Below are positions 37,136-47,327 of a DNA stretch of 64,000 nucleotides, piece after piece. The stretch comes from an uncultured Candidatus Saccharibacteria bacterium (GTDB lineage: Bacteria > Patescibacteriota > Minisyncoccia > Phycocordibacterales > CAIRYW01). Under the pieces are notes generated by a model that was not told the DNA's origin, did no database searches, and saw only the letters and a program-made list of their open reading frames with translations. The translations under genes were made by a program, and so were the position numbers. Position 1 is the first letter of the stretch. Each line of letters opens with the position of its first letter. The stretch spans positions 69,743 through 133,742 of the forward strand of contig CAYUPH010000002.1 of the NCBI GenBank assembly GCA_964446625.1, read 5' to 3'.

Positions 37136-37988
37136 AGAAAAAGAAAAATTAATTCTCACTTTTGACCTAGAGATATGGCATGAGTCAAAATGGATGGAAC
37201 CTTTTATTTCTGAAGATTTAAAAAAAGACACTCTTACCGAATCCGTCCTTCCTCTTTTGCACATTCTAAAGGAAACAAATTCGCACGCGACCTTTTTTAC
37301 TACAAATGCTGTTCTCGACAATTACCCTGAAATAATTAAAAAGATTTTTTCAGAAGATCATGAAGTAGGATCTCATAGCACAACTCATATTCGTCTAGAC
37401 GAGCAGCAAGCTGAAGTATTTGAGGGAAACCTCCAGCTTCAAAAAGAAAAGATAGAAAAACTCATTGGTAAAAATGTTTCAGGATTTCGAGCACCTCACT
37501 TTTCTCTTAATCAGAAAACTAAATGGCTTATCCCTCTTTTAACACGCCTAGGTTTTCTTTACGACTCAAGTATTTTCCCTATAAAGACTCCTGAGTATGG
37601 CATTTCAAAAGCTCCTACTTTTCCTTATAAAATTAGTAGCGAGACGCTTCTCGAGGAAAAAGGAAGTTCTTTTTTGGAGTTTCCCCAATCAACAGTTAAA
37701 ATTTTTGGTCTACAAATCCCAGTTGCAGGCGGTGTTTATTTTAGAATTCTACCTCTTTTTATTTTTAAATTTCTTTTAAACATGGCGATAAAGCAAGGAA
37801 ACACTCCTATGGTATACTTTCACCCACATGAGCTTTACTCGGAAACACCTCGCATCAAGGGTCCTATACTTAAAACCTTTATCAAATATTTCGGAACAAA
37901 AAGATCCTTGCTAAAGTTCAATAAACTAATAAAAAATTACACTTGTATTTCGGTAGAAGAGTACATATCAAAAGTAAAAAATGTTTGA
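37119..37988 (+). CDS. polysaccharide deacetylase-like protein (divergent NodB/DUF3473 type)
   Basis: LILTFDLEIWHE replaces the TFDDG motif; His-rich HSTTH and FHPHE motifs. Confidence 0.4.
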   Translation: MFSKTKEKEKLILTFDLEIWHESKWMEPFISEDLKKDTLTESVLPLLHILKETNSHATFFTTNAVLDNYPEIIKKIFSEDHEVGSHSTTHIRLDEQQAEVFEGNLQLQKEKIEKLIGKNVSGFRAPHFSLNQKTKWLIPLLTRLGFLYDSSIFPIKTPEYGISKAPTFPYKISSETLLEEKGSSFLEFPQSTVKIFGLQIPVAGGVYFRILPLFIFKFLLNMAIKQGNTPMVYFHPHELYSETPRIKGPILKTFIKYFGTKRSLLKFNKLIKNYTCISVEEYISKVKNV

Positions 37989-39216
37989 AAAAATTATAAA
38001 AAAAGCAGAAGCGTATCTTCAAACAGATGTGCGGTACATCCTCTCTGGAGGTTTCTGGCTAACTATGGGTCAAGTAATCTCGTCAGGAAGTTCTTTTCTT
38101 CTTTCAATCGCATTTGCCAACCTTCTTTCAAAAGAAGTATACGGAGAGTATAAGTATATAATCTCGCTTTTTGGGCTCCTTGGCGCTCTCTCACTTTCTG
38201 GGCTTGGAACTTCTATTACCGGATCGAGCGCTCGAGGATACGACGGCGTACTGCGAAAATCTTTTTTCCTTTGTCTCCGTTGGGGATTTTTAATTACAGG
38301 AGTTTCAACTCTAGCTTCCCTCTATTACTTTTTAAATCAAAACTTCACTCTTGGTTACTCACTTCTTGTGGTGGGAGTTATTAGTCCTTTTCTTTATAGC
38401 TCACTTCTCTATAAATCTTTTCTAAATGGAAAAAAAGAATTTCGAGCACTTACTCTCTATGGAATTATTTACAATGTAGTTCCAGTTCTTTGTATCATTG
38501 GAACTATTTTGCTAACCGAAAAAACAGTTTTTATCGTAACTGCCTACCTACTATCAAATACTATAATTTCACTTATTTTGTACAAACACGTTATTAAGAA
38601 GTATGCCCCGAACAATAAAATCGATGAGAAAAGTATTTCCTTTGGAAAACATCTGAGTCTCGTCAATACCTTAGACACTATTGCAACCTATATCGATAAA
38701 GTACTTCTTTTCCATTTTGATGGGGGAATTAATCTTGCTATTTATTCCTTTGCTGTCGCAGTACCCGAGCAAATACGAAGCTTACTCAAAATGATTCCAA
38801 CCTTAGCAATTCCAAAGCTTTCAGAAAAAACTCACGAACAGATCCAAAAAACAATTTACAAAAAGATTTTCAAAGTGATGCTAATCACGATTCCTATTGC
38901 GGTTCTCTACTACTTCATTGCTCCTTATATATACAAAATCGTATTCCCTGAGTACATAGACTCAATTATTTATTCGCAAGTGTTCATGCTAATTATCTTA
39001 GTAGAAGGAGGTCTGCCGGGGGCAGTATTTAAAGCGCAAATGGCAGTAAAAGAGTCTTACCTCTTAAATATTTTAGGAAACACTGCTCGCATTGCACTCA
39101 TTATTCCTCTTGTGTGGAGTTACGGAATTTGGGGACTCATTGTAGCGCGAATCTTAGGACGCTACCTTACTTTTGCCATTTCCCTTGCTCTTTTGGGAAA
39201 AATGAAGGAAAACTAA
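37981..39216 (+). CDS. Wzx-like oligosaccharide flippase (MOP superfamily polysaccharide biosynthesis protein)
   Basis: 411 aa with 12 TM helices in a Wzx/MATE-like arrangement. Confidence 0.55.
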   Translation: MFEKIIKKAEAYLQTDVRYILSGGFWLTMGQVISSGSSFLLSIAFANLLSKEVYGEYKYIISLFGLLGALSLSGLGTSITGSSARGYDGVLRKSFFLCLRWGFLITGVSTLASLYYFLNQNFTLGYSLLVVGVISPFLYSSLLYKSFLNGKKEFRALTLYGIIYNVVPVLCIIGTILLTEKTVFIVTAYLLSNTIISLILYKHVIKKYAPNNKIDEKSISFGKHLSLVNTLDTIATYIDKVLLFHFDGGINLAIYSFAVAVPEQIRSLLKMIPTLAIPKLSEKTHEQIQKTIYKKIFKVMLITIPIAVLYYFIAPYIYKIVFPEYIDSIIYSQVFMLIILVEGGLPGAVFKAQMAVKESYLLNILGNTARIALIIPLVWSYGIWGLIVARILGRYLTFAISLALLGKMKEN

Positions 39217-39224
39217 AGAGTACC

Positions 39225-39962
39225 TTATAACGGAGCAGTTTTTCCTCCTTTTGCCACCCCTCCTTTTGCTAAATTGACACTTTTAACCTTTAAATGAAAA
39301 GGGTTGGCGGATATTTCATGCCTTAAATCAATAATTCTTTTTTTATAATCTTTTAGTAGTTGAGGCACATCTCCATTTTCGTCCACAGAAAAATCTACTA
39401 TTCTTCCAATAGTGATATGAAGTATTTTAATTTCTTTCGGCCCCACTTTTTTTTCAGTAAACTCATGATCAACTTTACCTCTCGCCTCATTAATTTCCTC
39501 AGGGATTTTAGTTGAAACAAGTATGAGATTTCCTTTTGTGTCCAAGAGAAGATATTTAAATTCAATTTCTTTATCTTTTAATGTCTCTGCCATGTCAGAT
39601 AGCGCCCCTTCAGAAACCAGACTTACATAAGCGGTCTCTGCTTCGTCTGTATCTTCAGCTTCTCCTTGAAGAAGCGACGAATGTAACTGGAAATCTCTCT
39701 GTGCAAGAAAAAATTTTATCCCGAGATCTTTTTCTATATCTTTTATTTTAGAAGTGAGTCTTTTTTGAACCTCTCCTTCTGAAGCCTCATCAAACTTTAG
39801 CCATACATTTAAACGTCTATCAAACTCCGCTCCAAATTCTCTAAATTGAGGAAGTCCTTCTTTAGACAAAACTCCTTCAAGCATTCTTTTACCGTCTGAG
39901 TTGATACCAGCATATATCCTTCCCACTTCCCTATCTTGTCCCAGTTTTTCTCCGTTTTCCAT
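39225..39962 (-). CDS. possible 2H-phosphoesterase superfamily protein (LigT-like)
   Basis: Two H-x-S/T-x motifs (QLHSSLLQG and LHITIGRI) at the spacing expected for the 2H fold; otherwise uncharacterised. Confidence 0.3.
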   Translation of the reverse strand: MENGEKLGQDREVGRIYAGINSDGKRMLEGVLSKEGLPQFREFGAEFDRRLNVWLKFDEASEGEVQKRLTSKIKDIEKDLGIKFFLAQRDFQLHSSLLQGEAEDTDEAETAYVSLVSEGALSDMAETLKDKEIEFKYLLLDTKGNLILVSTKIPEEINEARGKVDHEFTEKKVGPKEIKILHITIGRIVDFSVDENGDVPQLLKDYKKRIIDLRHEISANPFHLKVKSVNLAKGGVAKGGKTAPL

Positions 39963-40036
39963 ATCATTATATTAATACACTATGCCTCGGAAACATAATG
40001 GCTAAAAACCACCCTTTCTGCTACAATAATCTCGCA

Positions 40037-40762
40037 ATGAAAGCAATTATATTAGCAGGAGGACAAGCAACAAGGCTTAGACCAATTACCGAGGACTTAC
40101 CGAAGTGTATGCTAAAAGTAGGCGAGCTCACTATAATTGAGTTTCAAATAAACACTCTAAAAGATGCAGGGGTTCTGAATATAATTATTGTAACTGGGTT
40201 TAAGGCAAAGCTACTGGAAAATTTTATTCTTGAAACATACAAAGACACTGCACTCCACTTCACTTTTGTTTTTAATTCAGAGTACGAAAGCACCCGTGCT
40301 GCTTACGGTCTTTGGACTGCAAGGGAGTATTTAAACGAAGAAACAATTTACCTCAATTCTGACCTTTACTGTGAAAAAAAAATATTTGAAGAAGTAATCA
40401 ATCATGAAAAAGATTCTGTAACTGCAATTCAAAACACTCCCTGGGACGAAGAGGAAGTAAATGTTGTTATTGATTCAAATTCAAAAGTAGAAAAAATCGG
40501 AAAGCTAATTCCTGAACACGAGAGCTCGGGAGAATTTATTGGCGCAACAAAACTGAGTAAAGAATTTTTAGAAAGCCTTATTTCGGTTCTCGACGATATG
40601 GTTGGGCGAGGTGACAAACAAAAATTTGCTGTTGATGCCATTCAAAGCGTTATCGACGGAGGAAAATATTCTTTGTTTGCCCACAATGTGACAAGGTACA
40701 AAGCCATAGAAATTGACTCAATAGAAGATTACGAAAACGGAAAAAAGCTATGGGAAAAATAA
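40037..40762 (+). CDS. sugar-phosphate nucleotidyltransferase (NTP_transferase fold, LicC/RmlA-like)
   Basis: MKAIILAGGQATRLRPITEDLPKCML matches the G-x-G-T-R-L signature; the start is taken at this Met. Confidence 0.6.
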   Translation: MKAIILAGGQATRLRPITEDLPKCMLKVGELTIIEFQINTLKDAGVLNIIIVTGFKAKLLENFILETYKDTALHFTFVFNSEYESTRAAYGLWTAREYLNEETIYLNSDLYCEKKIFEEVINHEKDSVTAIQNTPWDEEEVNVVIDSNSKVEKIGKLIPEHESSGEFIGATKLSKEFLESLISVLDDMVGRGDKQKFAVDAIQSVIDGGKYSLFAHNVTRYKAIEIDSIEDYENGKKLWEK

Positions 40763-41922
40763 AAGTATTTTTTGGAAAAGCGTTCACTTTTTTTGATATT
40801 GCTTTTACTCCACTAATTTTTTTACTTTCTAAACTAACACCAAGAGACCCTTACACATGGGTTTTTATTGGCTGGCACAGAAGTAGCAAAATAGAAATCT
40901 TTGCGGACAATACCAAGTACCTTTTTCTTTACACCCATAAGAATCTAAAAAGGGTAAAACCCGTGTGGCTCGCTAAAGACAGGACACTTGCCGCGCTCCT
41001 AAGGGAAAGAGGCTACAACTCTTATTATGAACATAGTCTAAAGGGAATTTATTATGCACTAAGAGCAAAATACACTTTTCTCGACGCATTTCTTCAAAGG
41101 CAAAACTATAGACTTACAGGGAGAGGAAAAATTATGCAGCTCCTCCACGGGAAAGGTATGAAGAAAAAAGGATACGACGAAGTTCAGCTTCGCCCCCAGG
41201 ATTATATTTTCGCCCCGTCACAATTTGTCATTGGGCTCCTTCCCTCTTCTTTTACAATAAAAAGTAAAATCTTGGTGACTGGATATTCCCGAAGTGATGA
41301 GATTTACGCGGATATAGAAGGCTCAGATATTTCTGTGTGCACTGAAACTTTGCAGTCATTAAAAGAGAAAAAGGAACAAGAAGTAAAAACTCTGTGGTAT
41401 GCCCCGACTTTTAGAAGAGGACAAAAAGTATTTGATATAGAAAAAGTACTTGAAGTATCAAAGCTTTCTGCGTGGCTCAAAGAGAAAAACCTTCACCTTT
41501 ACATTTCTCTTCATCCAAAATACAGAGACCAGGCTCGAAGTGCTTCGTATGAAAACATTAGCTTCTTTGAAGACTCCGATGTTTACCCGCTTATGAAGTA
41601 TTTTGATATACAAATTACAGACTACTCATCCTCTTTTACAGATTATATTCTCCTGGACAGACCAATTATATTTTACCCCTACGACATAGAGGACTATACA
41701 AAAAACGAAGGATTTAGCTTTGACTACGATTCCCACACACCAGGGCCAAAGGCATACGACCCAAAAGGCCTACGAGACCAAATCGAAAATGTCCTCACAG
41801 AAGATAAGCATACAGAAGCTCGGAAGGAAATCCGGGACCTTTACCATGATTTTAAAGACGCTCATTCATCAAGGAGGATTATCGACGCAATTGAAAAAGA
41901 AGAAGGTCTAACTCTTTCTTAA
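40750..41922 (+). CDS. CDP-glycerol glycerophosphotransferase family protein (TagB/TagF-like)
   Basis: 390 aa with the C-terminal glycerophosphotransferase domain architecture (HGKGMKK, ISLHPKY); overlaps the upstream NTP-transferase stop. Confidence 0.5.
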   Translation: MGKIKVFFGKAFTFFDIAFTPLIFLLSKLTPRDPYTWVFIGWHRSSKIEIFADNTKYLFLYTHKNLKRVKPVWLAKDRTLAALLRERGYNSYYEHSLKGIYYALRAKYTFLDAFLQRQNYRLTGRGKIMQLLHGKGMKKKGYDEVQLRPQDYIFAPSQFVIGLLPSSFTIKSKILVTGYSRSDEIYADIEGSDISVCTETLQSLKEKKEQEVKTLWYAPTFRRGQKVFDIEKVLEVSKLSAWLKEKNLHLYISLHPKYRDQARSASYENISFFEDSDVYPLMKYFDIQITDYSSSFTDYILLDRPIIFYPYDIEDYTKNEGFSFDYDSHTPGPKAYDPKGLRDQIENVLTEDKHTEARKEIRDLYHDFKDAHSSRRIIDAIEKEEGLTLS

Positions 41923-43064
41923 GATATCTTTTGATTATTCCAAACCACTAAAAGCAGTTTTCCAAACTCATCACTATATCTTTTTACCGAGTACTTATCT
42001 GCAGTAGAAACTGCATTTTCTTTCATTACCGGAAGCTCAGAACTACTTAGTGAAAGTGCCTTTTTCATTGCGCTTCGAAAACTCTCTGGAGTTGCGTCAG
42101 AAAAAAATCCATTATATCCATCTTTTAAGTACTCAATGACTCCCGCAACTCGAGTTGAAATAACAGGAAGACCAAAAGCGAGAGCTTCCATAGCAGCAAT
42201 GCAAAAGCCCTCGTGCCTTGAAGTTAAAAGAAAGTAATCAGAAATTGCATAGTACTTATGCACATATTTATTCTCACCAAGTACCAACACTTTATTCGTG
42301 AGGCCAAGTGACTCCACCTGGTCTTCGACTTTTTTTCTTAAACTACCATCACCTAGTATAACTAGGACGGAATCATTTCTTTCTTTTAATAGAAGATTAA
42401 AAGCGTTCACCATAAGTTCATGATTTTTTTGTGTAGTGATTCTTGCCACACTCAAAAAAACTTTATCGGTTGGATTAATTCCAATTTCCTTTCTAATTTG
42501 TTCTCTTTGATTAAACAACTCTTTTTTTGAATTTTGAATTCCCTCTATATCTACACCATTGTAGATTACCTTCATTTTCCTAGGGTCTATTTTTTCATTT
42601 GAAGTTATAAAACTTGAAACCTCCTTTGAGTCAGCGATAATTGCATTTGAAAAAGTAGAGAGAAATCTGTCTAGAATTCTAAACGACCACTTTCGCGGTG
42701 TTCCAGTGTTGTGTTCTGCAGATATAAGCTTGTATCCAAAAAAAGGTTTTAAAATTCTAAAAATATTATTACTAAAAAAAAGACTAGTTTTTATAATATC
42801 AGGTTTCAATTTACGGAGCTCTTGGATAATTGCTACCCATCCTTTTAGGTCAAGAAATCCCTTAAAATCAAACTTTGTTACAGAAACTCCTTCTGGAACA
42901 AGGTTATAAAAATCCCCTTTTCCTCTAAACTGCATCAAAGTAAAAAGACTAGGAGAAAAGACACTTTTATCAAGCCCTCTTAGTTGATCTAAAGTAAGTC
43001 TTTGAACACCTCCGATAATCAAATCATTCTCAACAATCAGAAGTTTTATTGGCTTTTTTTGCAC
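41919..43064 (-). CDS. GT4 (group 1) glycosyltransferase
   Basis: EGFCIAAMEALAFGLPVISTRVAGVIE is the E-x7-E region of GT4. Confidence 0.7.
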   Translation of the reverse strand: MQKKPIKLLIVENDLIIGGVQRLTLDQLRGLDKSVFSPSLFTLMQFRGKGDFYNLVPEGVSVTKFDFKGFLDLKGWVAIIQELRKLKPDIIKTSLFFSNNIFRILKPFFGYKLISAEHNTGTPRKWSFRILDRFLSTFSNAIIADSKEVSSFITSNEKIDPRKMKVIYNGVDIEGIQNSKKELFNQREQIRKEIGINPTDKVFLSVARITTQKNHELMVNAFNLLLKERNDSVLVILGDGSLRKKVEDQVESLGLTNKVLVLGENKYVHKYYAISDYFLLTSRHEGFCIAAMEALAFGLPVISTRVAGVIEYLKDGYNGFFSDATPESFRSAMKKALSLSSSELPVMKENAVSTADKYSVKRYSDEFGKLLLVVWNNQKIS

Positions 43065-43072
43065 AAGTGAAA

Positions 43073-44146
43073 TTATTGAAGTTCCAATTTTCCTTTAGAA
43101 CTAAGAACTTTTACCTGCTTCATAAAAAGCTTTGGTGTCCACCACTCGGGGTTATTGCGATACCATTCTATTACCATATCGAGACCCTCCTCAAATGATA
43201 CCTTTGGCTTCCACCCTATTGCTTTTCGAATTTTATTTGTGTCGCTTATGTGTTTTTCAACTTGTCCGAGTCTATCCCCTACTTTTTTTATGTATTTCGC
43301 TGGAGAAGCAATGTTCATTTTTTTACATAATAGGCTCGCAATTTCATTTACAGATACAGTTCTTTCACTTCCAATATTGAATACTTCTCCGTCTACAATT
43401 TTTGATGGTGCCTGAAGAAGCATATCAATCGCATTAGCTGCATCACTTGTATGAGTAAAATCTCGATAACTTTCTCCTCCTCCATGAATTGTCATAGGCT
43501 CTCCTTGAAGAAGACTTGTAATAAAACGAGGGATTACTTTTTCAGGATGTTGATTTGGACCAAAAAGATTAAAAGGTCTCACAATAACAGCAGGAATAGA
43601 ATAAGTTGCGATATATGAGTAAACTAGTCTGTCCGCCCCTGCTTTTGCAGCAGCATAAGGACTACGCGGGTTTAGTGGGTGCTCTTCAGACATTCCGGGA
43701 GTTTCAGCAGTACCGTACACTTCACTTGTTGATATATGAATAAAACGCTTTATTTTGTCTTTATTTTTAAGGAGCGATTGAAGGAGTACTTCCGTTCCAA
43801 GCATATCAGTTTCAATAAAACGAATATCGTCTGCAATTGAGCGAGCCACATGTGTTTCTGCAGCAAAATGCACTACATAGTCACAAAGAGAAAATATCTC
43901 CTCCATCATTTTTATATTAGTAATATTTTCATACCAGAAAGTAAACCGACTACTCTCTCTTATGCTTATATCAATGTTTCGGAGGTCTCCTGCATAAGTA
44001 AGAGTGTCAACAACATGAAAATGGGTTTTAGGATATTTATTCCAGAGATATCTAAGTACATTACTACCTATAAATCCCGCTCCACCTGTAATTAAAATCG
44101 ACTTTGGGTTAAAAGATTTTCCGTCGGCTTTTCCTGTTTTTTTCAT
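43073..44146 (-). CDS. rfbB: dTDP-glucose 4,6-dehydratase / NAD-dependent sugar epimerase-dehydratase
   Basis: ILITGGAGFIGSN Rossmann motif and the YAAAKAGAD (YxxxK) catalytic motif. Confidence 0.7.
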   Translation of the reverse strand: MKKTGKADGKSFNPKSILITGGAGFIGSNVLRYLWNKYPKTHFHVVDTLTYAGDLRNIDISIRESSRFTFWYENITNIKMMEEIFSLCDYVVHFAAETHVARSIADDIRFIETDMLGTEVLLQSLLKNKDKIKRFIHISTSEVYGTAETPGMSEEHPLNPRSPYAAAKAGADRLVYSYIATYSIPAVIVRPFNLFGPNQHPEKVIPRFITSLLQGEPMTIHGGGESYRDFTHTSDAANAIDMLLQAPSKIVDGEVFNIGSERTVSVNEIASLLCKKMNIASPAKYIKKVGDRLGQVEKHISDTNKIRKAIGWKPKVSFEEGLDMVIEWYRNNPEWWTPKLFMKQVKVLSSKGKLELQ

Positions 44147-44238
44147 AAATATAAGTTATTTACTTTGGGATTATTATATACCCCGCCTATAGTGAAAGCA
44201 ATTTAGCGTGATATATTGACATATAATACTTTTTATTT

Positions 44239-44985
44239 CTATATTTTTGCCGCAGCCTTTGCTTTAAATTCAGGAAAGGTTGTATCCCTTCCTACAAAAT
44301 ACCTCGGGATTTCAAAATTATTTTGTAAATTATTATACACTCCGCTTTTTACTGTAACCGCTGCACTGTATCCTACTTCTTTTGCCTTTTCGACGCACAT
44401 TTGGTTAAACCTTCCCTTTGGGTATGCAAGGAGAGTTCCTGGCTTCCCTGTAATTTTTTCTATAAATTCCTTTGATTCCTCTAGCTCATAGTGAAGATCT
44501 TCTTTAGAAAGAACACTCAAATCAGGATGCGAAACTGTGTGGGGCATAAGCTCTATTGTTTCTCTTTCTTCCTTCGCAATATGCAAAATTTGCTCCATAT
44601 CCATAACAGAAAGTGTCACACCATCACTAGTTGTCATCTCACTTCCAATTTTTCCTGTTGGAATAAAAAAAGTCGCTTTCATGCCATACTTGCGAAGTAA
44701 CGGTAAAACAGTTGTAAAGTTATCGGTATAACCATCATCAAAAGTAAGCACGATTTCGTTTTCACTTTTTTTTGCTAGTAGATCAGAAATTGCTTCACTT
44801 AAAAATACAGTCTTTAATCCTTTTTGCTTTATATACTTCAGTTGACGCTCGAATTTTTGAGGAGAAACAGTAAAAAAAGCATTACTCTCTCCCACTGAGT
44901 GGTACATCAAAATACTCACACCCTCCTTCGATGGAAATAGAAGACGAAAAGAAAAATAGCAATACTTTAAAAACTTCTTTAACAT
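44239..44985 (-). CDS. polysaccharide deacetylase (CE4, NodB domain)
   Basis: LTFDDGYTDN, PHTVSHPDL and KATFF motifs. Confidence 0.7.
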   Translation of the reverse strand: MLKKFLKYCYFSFRLLFPSKEGVSILMYHSVGESNAFFTVSPQKFERQLKYIKQKGLKTVFLSEAISDLLAKKSENEIVLTFDDGYTDNFTTVLPLLRKYGMKATFFIPTGKIGSEMTTSDGVTLSVMDMEQILHIAKEERETIELMPHTVSHPDLSVLSKEDLHYELEESKEFIEKITGKPGTLLAYPKGRFNQMCVEKAKEVGYSAAVTVKSGVYNNLQNNFEIPRYFVGRDTTFPEFKAKAAAKI

Positions 44986-46007
44986 ACAATTTTTTGGACT
45001 AGGAGTGACAAACTGTGATCCCTAACAACAATTTCTCGGAGTCTCTTACCAATCTGTTTTTTTTCCGCTTCTCCCAGAGAACTTAGGTAACTAATTTTTT
45101 CTTTTAAGTCTGTAGTGTCGTTCTCTTTTACCAAAAGGCGGTCTCTTAAATCTGTGGGAAAAATTTCTTCGAAAGACTTGTTTTGCACAAGAACCAGACC
45201 TTCGGTGGCCATCATTTCAAGTATCACTTTATCAAAGGATCCACTTGGAGTCATATTTATTAGGATTTCATGTGAATTAAATATATCTTTTGTCTGACAA
45301 TTAGGAACACTCCCTTTAAATACCACTTTTCCTATCTTTTCAAAAGACGAGCTGTCTTTCCTGATTTTGTTGTAATAAGAAACTTCTGAACTTTTATTTA
45401 CCTTATCACCAAAAAGATTGAGTGTGTATTCTGGAGGTAGTGCACATACAGCTTCCAAAATATTCTCAACTTTTTTTATTGATGAAATCCTGCCAAGGTA
45501 AAGAAGAGAGTGCGGTGTGCGCTTAATTTCTTCTCTGCAAAAGAAGTTTGTATCTATTCCAGCAGGCATAAGCTCTGTTTTTTTAAAAGAAGCAGTAAAA
45601 GAAAACGCTGAGGTACAATACACTTTGTCTGCCAAAAAAACTGCGACTCTGGTTTTAAACGAACCATGCGGATGATTTCTCCAAAGTAAAATCTTCTTTC
45701 CTAAAACCTTCCACAAAAGACCTGCGAGAAGGACATACTCTTCGTTCATATGCACAAAGACTGTGTCGTACTCTTTGCGAAGTGTCCAAATATATTTAAA
45801 AAGATTTTGTATGTATTTTATCTTTGAGACGCCCCTCTCCTTCCCAAGAGAATAAATAGGCGCCCCCCCTGTTTCCACTTCACCTTTTTCCAAACAAATG
45901 ACCGAAAGTTTCTCTACTTTCTTTTGAAACTCTTCTATCCACCTTACAAAAAAGCCGAGTACATCATCATTTTTATCTACTTTTTGTGTAAGAATTAGAA
46001 GTTTCAT
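44979..46007 (-). CDS. GT4-like glycosyltransferase
   Basis: C-terminal SFDKVILEMMATEGLVLV (E-x7-E-like) and an N-terminal GT-B half. Confidence 0.5.
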   Translation of the reverse strand: MKLLILTQKVDKNDDVLGFFVRWIEEFQKKVEKLSVICLEKGEVETGGAPIYSLGKERGVSKIKYIQNLFKYIWTLRKEYDTVFVHMNEEYVLLAGLLWKVLGKKILLWRNHPHGSFKTRVAVFLADKVYCTSAFSFTASFKKTELMPAGIDTNFFCREEIKRTPHSLLYLGRISSIKKVENILEAVCALPPEYTLNLFGDKVNKSSEVSYYNKIRKDSSSFEKIGKVVFKGSVPNCQTKDIFNSHEILINMTPSGSFDKVILEMMATEGLVLVQNKSFEEIFPTDLRDRLLVKENDTTDLKEKISYLSSLGEAEKKQIGKRLREIVVRDHSLSLLVQKIVC

Positions 46008-46009
46008 TT

Positions 46010-46849
46010 TTAAAGTCCGTATACACCTTTTAGTAGTTCACTGTCTTTTCCGCTAGATTTTAATAGCTCAACATTTTTTTCCTCCATGGCTCGAAGCATT
46101 TGAAGACCTTTTAAATCCTCTACTTTATTTTCGTAAAACTCACGAAGTGCTGCGAAATCCTTTATGAAGCACTCTCCCCCTGCCCCTCTTCCTGATTTGT
46201 GTAGTGCATTTGCGTAAGTAGGCCCATTGTCAGGGTCTGCTCCTATTGCTTCTTTAATTTTCTCATAGTCTACCCCTTCTGCCTGGCTTAGATCATAAAA
46301 AATATTTGCCATAAGCACTCTCGCATACCCAATACAATTGCGGGCATATTTTATAAGTTCCGCTTCAGTGGAATCGCACACAAGCGAGAACTGCGATTTA
46401 GGTAGAACACTAAGAACTTCTTCAGAGACTCTTGTATAGGCATCCGTTTTTTGAGGAATACCAATTATATTCCTCGTAGGGTGTGACGCATCATACTTTG
46501 CTGTTGCTACAGACAGAAATTCGGGATTATGAACAACAAAGATTTCAGAAAAATCGGCGGCAATCTCTTTTGTTTTTCCTGGAAGTAGTGTTGATTTTAT
46601 AACCGCAACCTTGCCTTTTCCCACCAAAGCAAGAGCGCTGCGAACAATACTATCGCTAAAACCTTCTTTTGTTGTAGGAGTTGGCACTGCTACAAAAACA
46701 ATATCACACGAAGAAATTTTTTCTTTGTTTTGAATATAAGGCTCTTCGAGAGAGTAGCGTACGACTTCAAAGCCCCGCTCTTCAAAGTCGTCCGCGTAGT
46801 TTTTTCCTATCCATCCTTGCCCAATAAAACCGATTTTTTTATTTTGCAT
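46010..46849 (-). CDS. UDP-glucose/GDP-mannose dehydrogenase family protein, short form lacking the C-terminal UDP-binding domain
   Basis: IGFIGQGWIG and VAVPTPT NAD-domain motifs and the catalytic-Cys motif GGECFIKD, but only 279 aa. Confidence 0.5.
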   Translation of the reverse strand: MQNKKIGFIGQGWIGKNYADDFEERGFEVVRYSLEEPYIQNKEKISSCDIVFVAVPTPTTKEGFSDSIVRSALALVGKGKVAVIKSTLLPGKTKEIAADFSEIFVVHNPEFLSVATAKYDASHPTRNIIGIPQKTDAYTRVSEEVLSVLPKSQFSLVCDSTEAELIKYARNCIGYARVLMANIFYDLSQAEGVDYEKIKEAIGADPDNGPTYANALHKSGRGAGGECFIKDFAALREFYENKVEDLKGLQMLRAMEEKNVELLKSSGKDSELLKGVYGL

Positions 46850-46850
46850 A

Positions 46851-47327
46851 CTATCTTTTTTTTACACTCTTTTGGCAAATATAACAAACATTTTGCCTTT
46901 CAATAAGTCCATCTATCATCTTTGTGGTAGAAATTTCAGGAGTATATTTTGGCTCAATAACCTTCCCTCCCCATGTCTTCATAAGTTCAATTACTTTTTT
47001 TCGTTTCTCTGCTTGCACTCCTGTTTTCCAATCGTCCCCATGAACAAAATAATCCGGGCGAAGTTTCAAAAGGTTCTTTGTAAAATCTAAGGTTGTCTGT
47101 TTCATTACTTTCTCTACCCCTTTTATTTGCTCGATCACTTTTTTTCTCATTTGGTAGCTATGAACAGGAATTCTCTTATAACTCGCGATTGCCTCGTCAG
47201 TAAGGAGCCCTACAACAACATCTCCTAGTTTCTTTCCTTTTAGGATAATATTCACGTGCCCATGGTGGATTATATCTACCGCCATAGGGACATATACTAC
47301 TTTTTTCTTTTTATTTTCTTTTTTCAT
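46851..47327 (-). CDS. cytidylyltransferase (TagD-like, HxGH nucleotidyltransferase)
   Basis: PMAVDIIHHGHVNII (HxGH) and a later HGDDW motif; size and fold resemble glycerol-3-phosphate cytidylyltransferase. Confidence 0.6.
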   Translation of the reverse strand: MKKENKKKKVVYVPMAVDIIHHGHVNIILKGKKLGDVVVGLLTDEAIASYKRIPVHSYQMRKKVIEQIKGVEKVMKQTTLDFTKNLLKLRPDYFVHGDDWKTGVQAEKRKKVIELMKTWGGKVIEPKYTPEISTTKMIDGLIERQNVCYICQKSVKKR

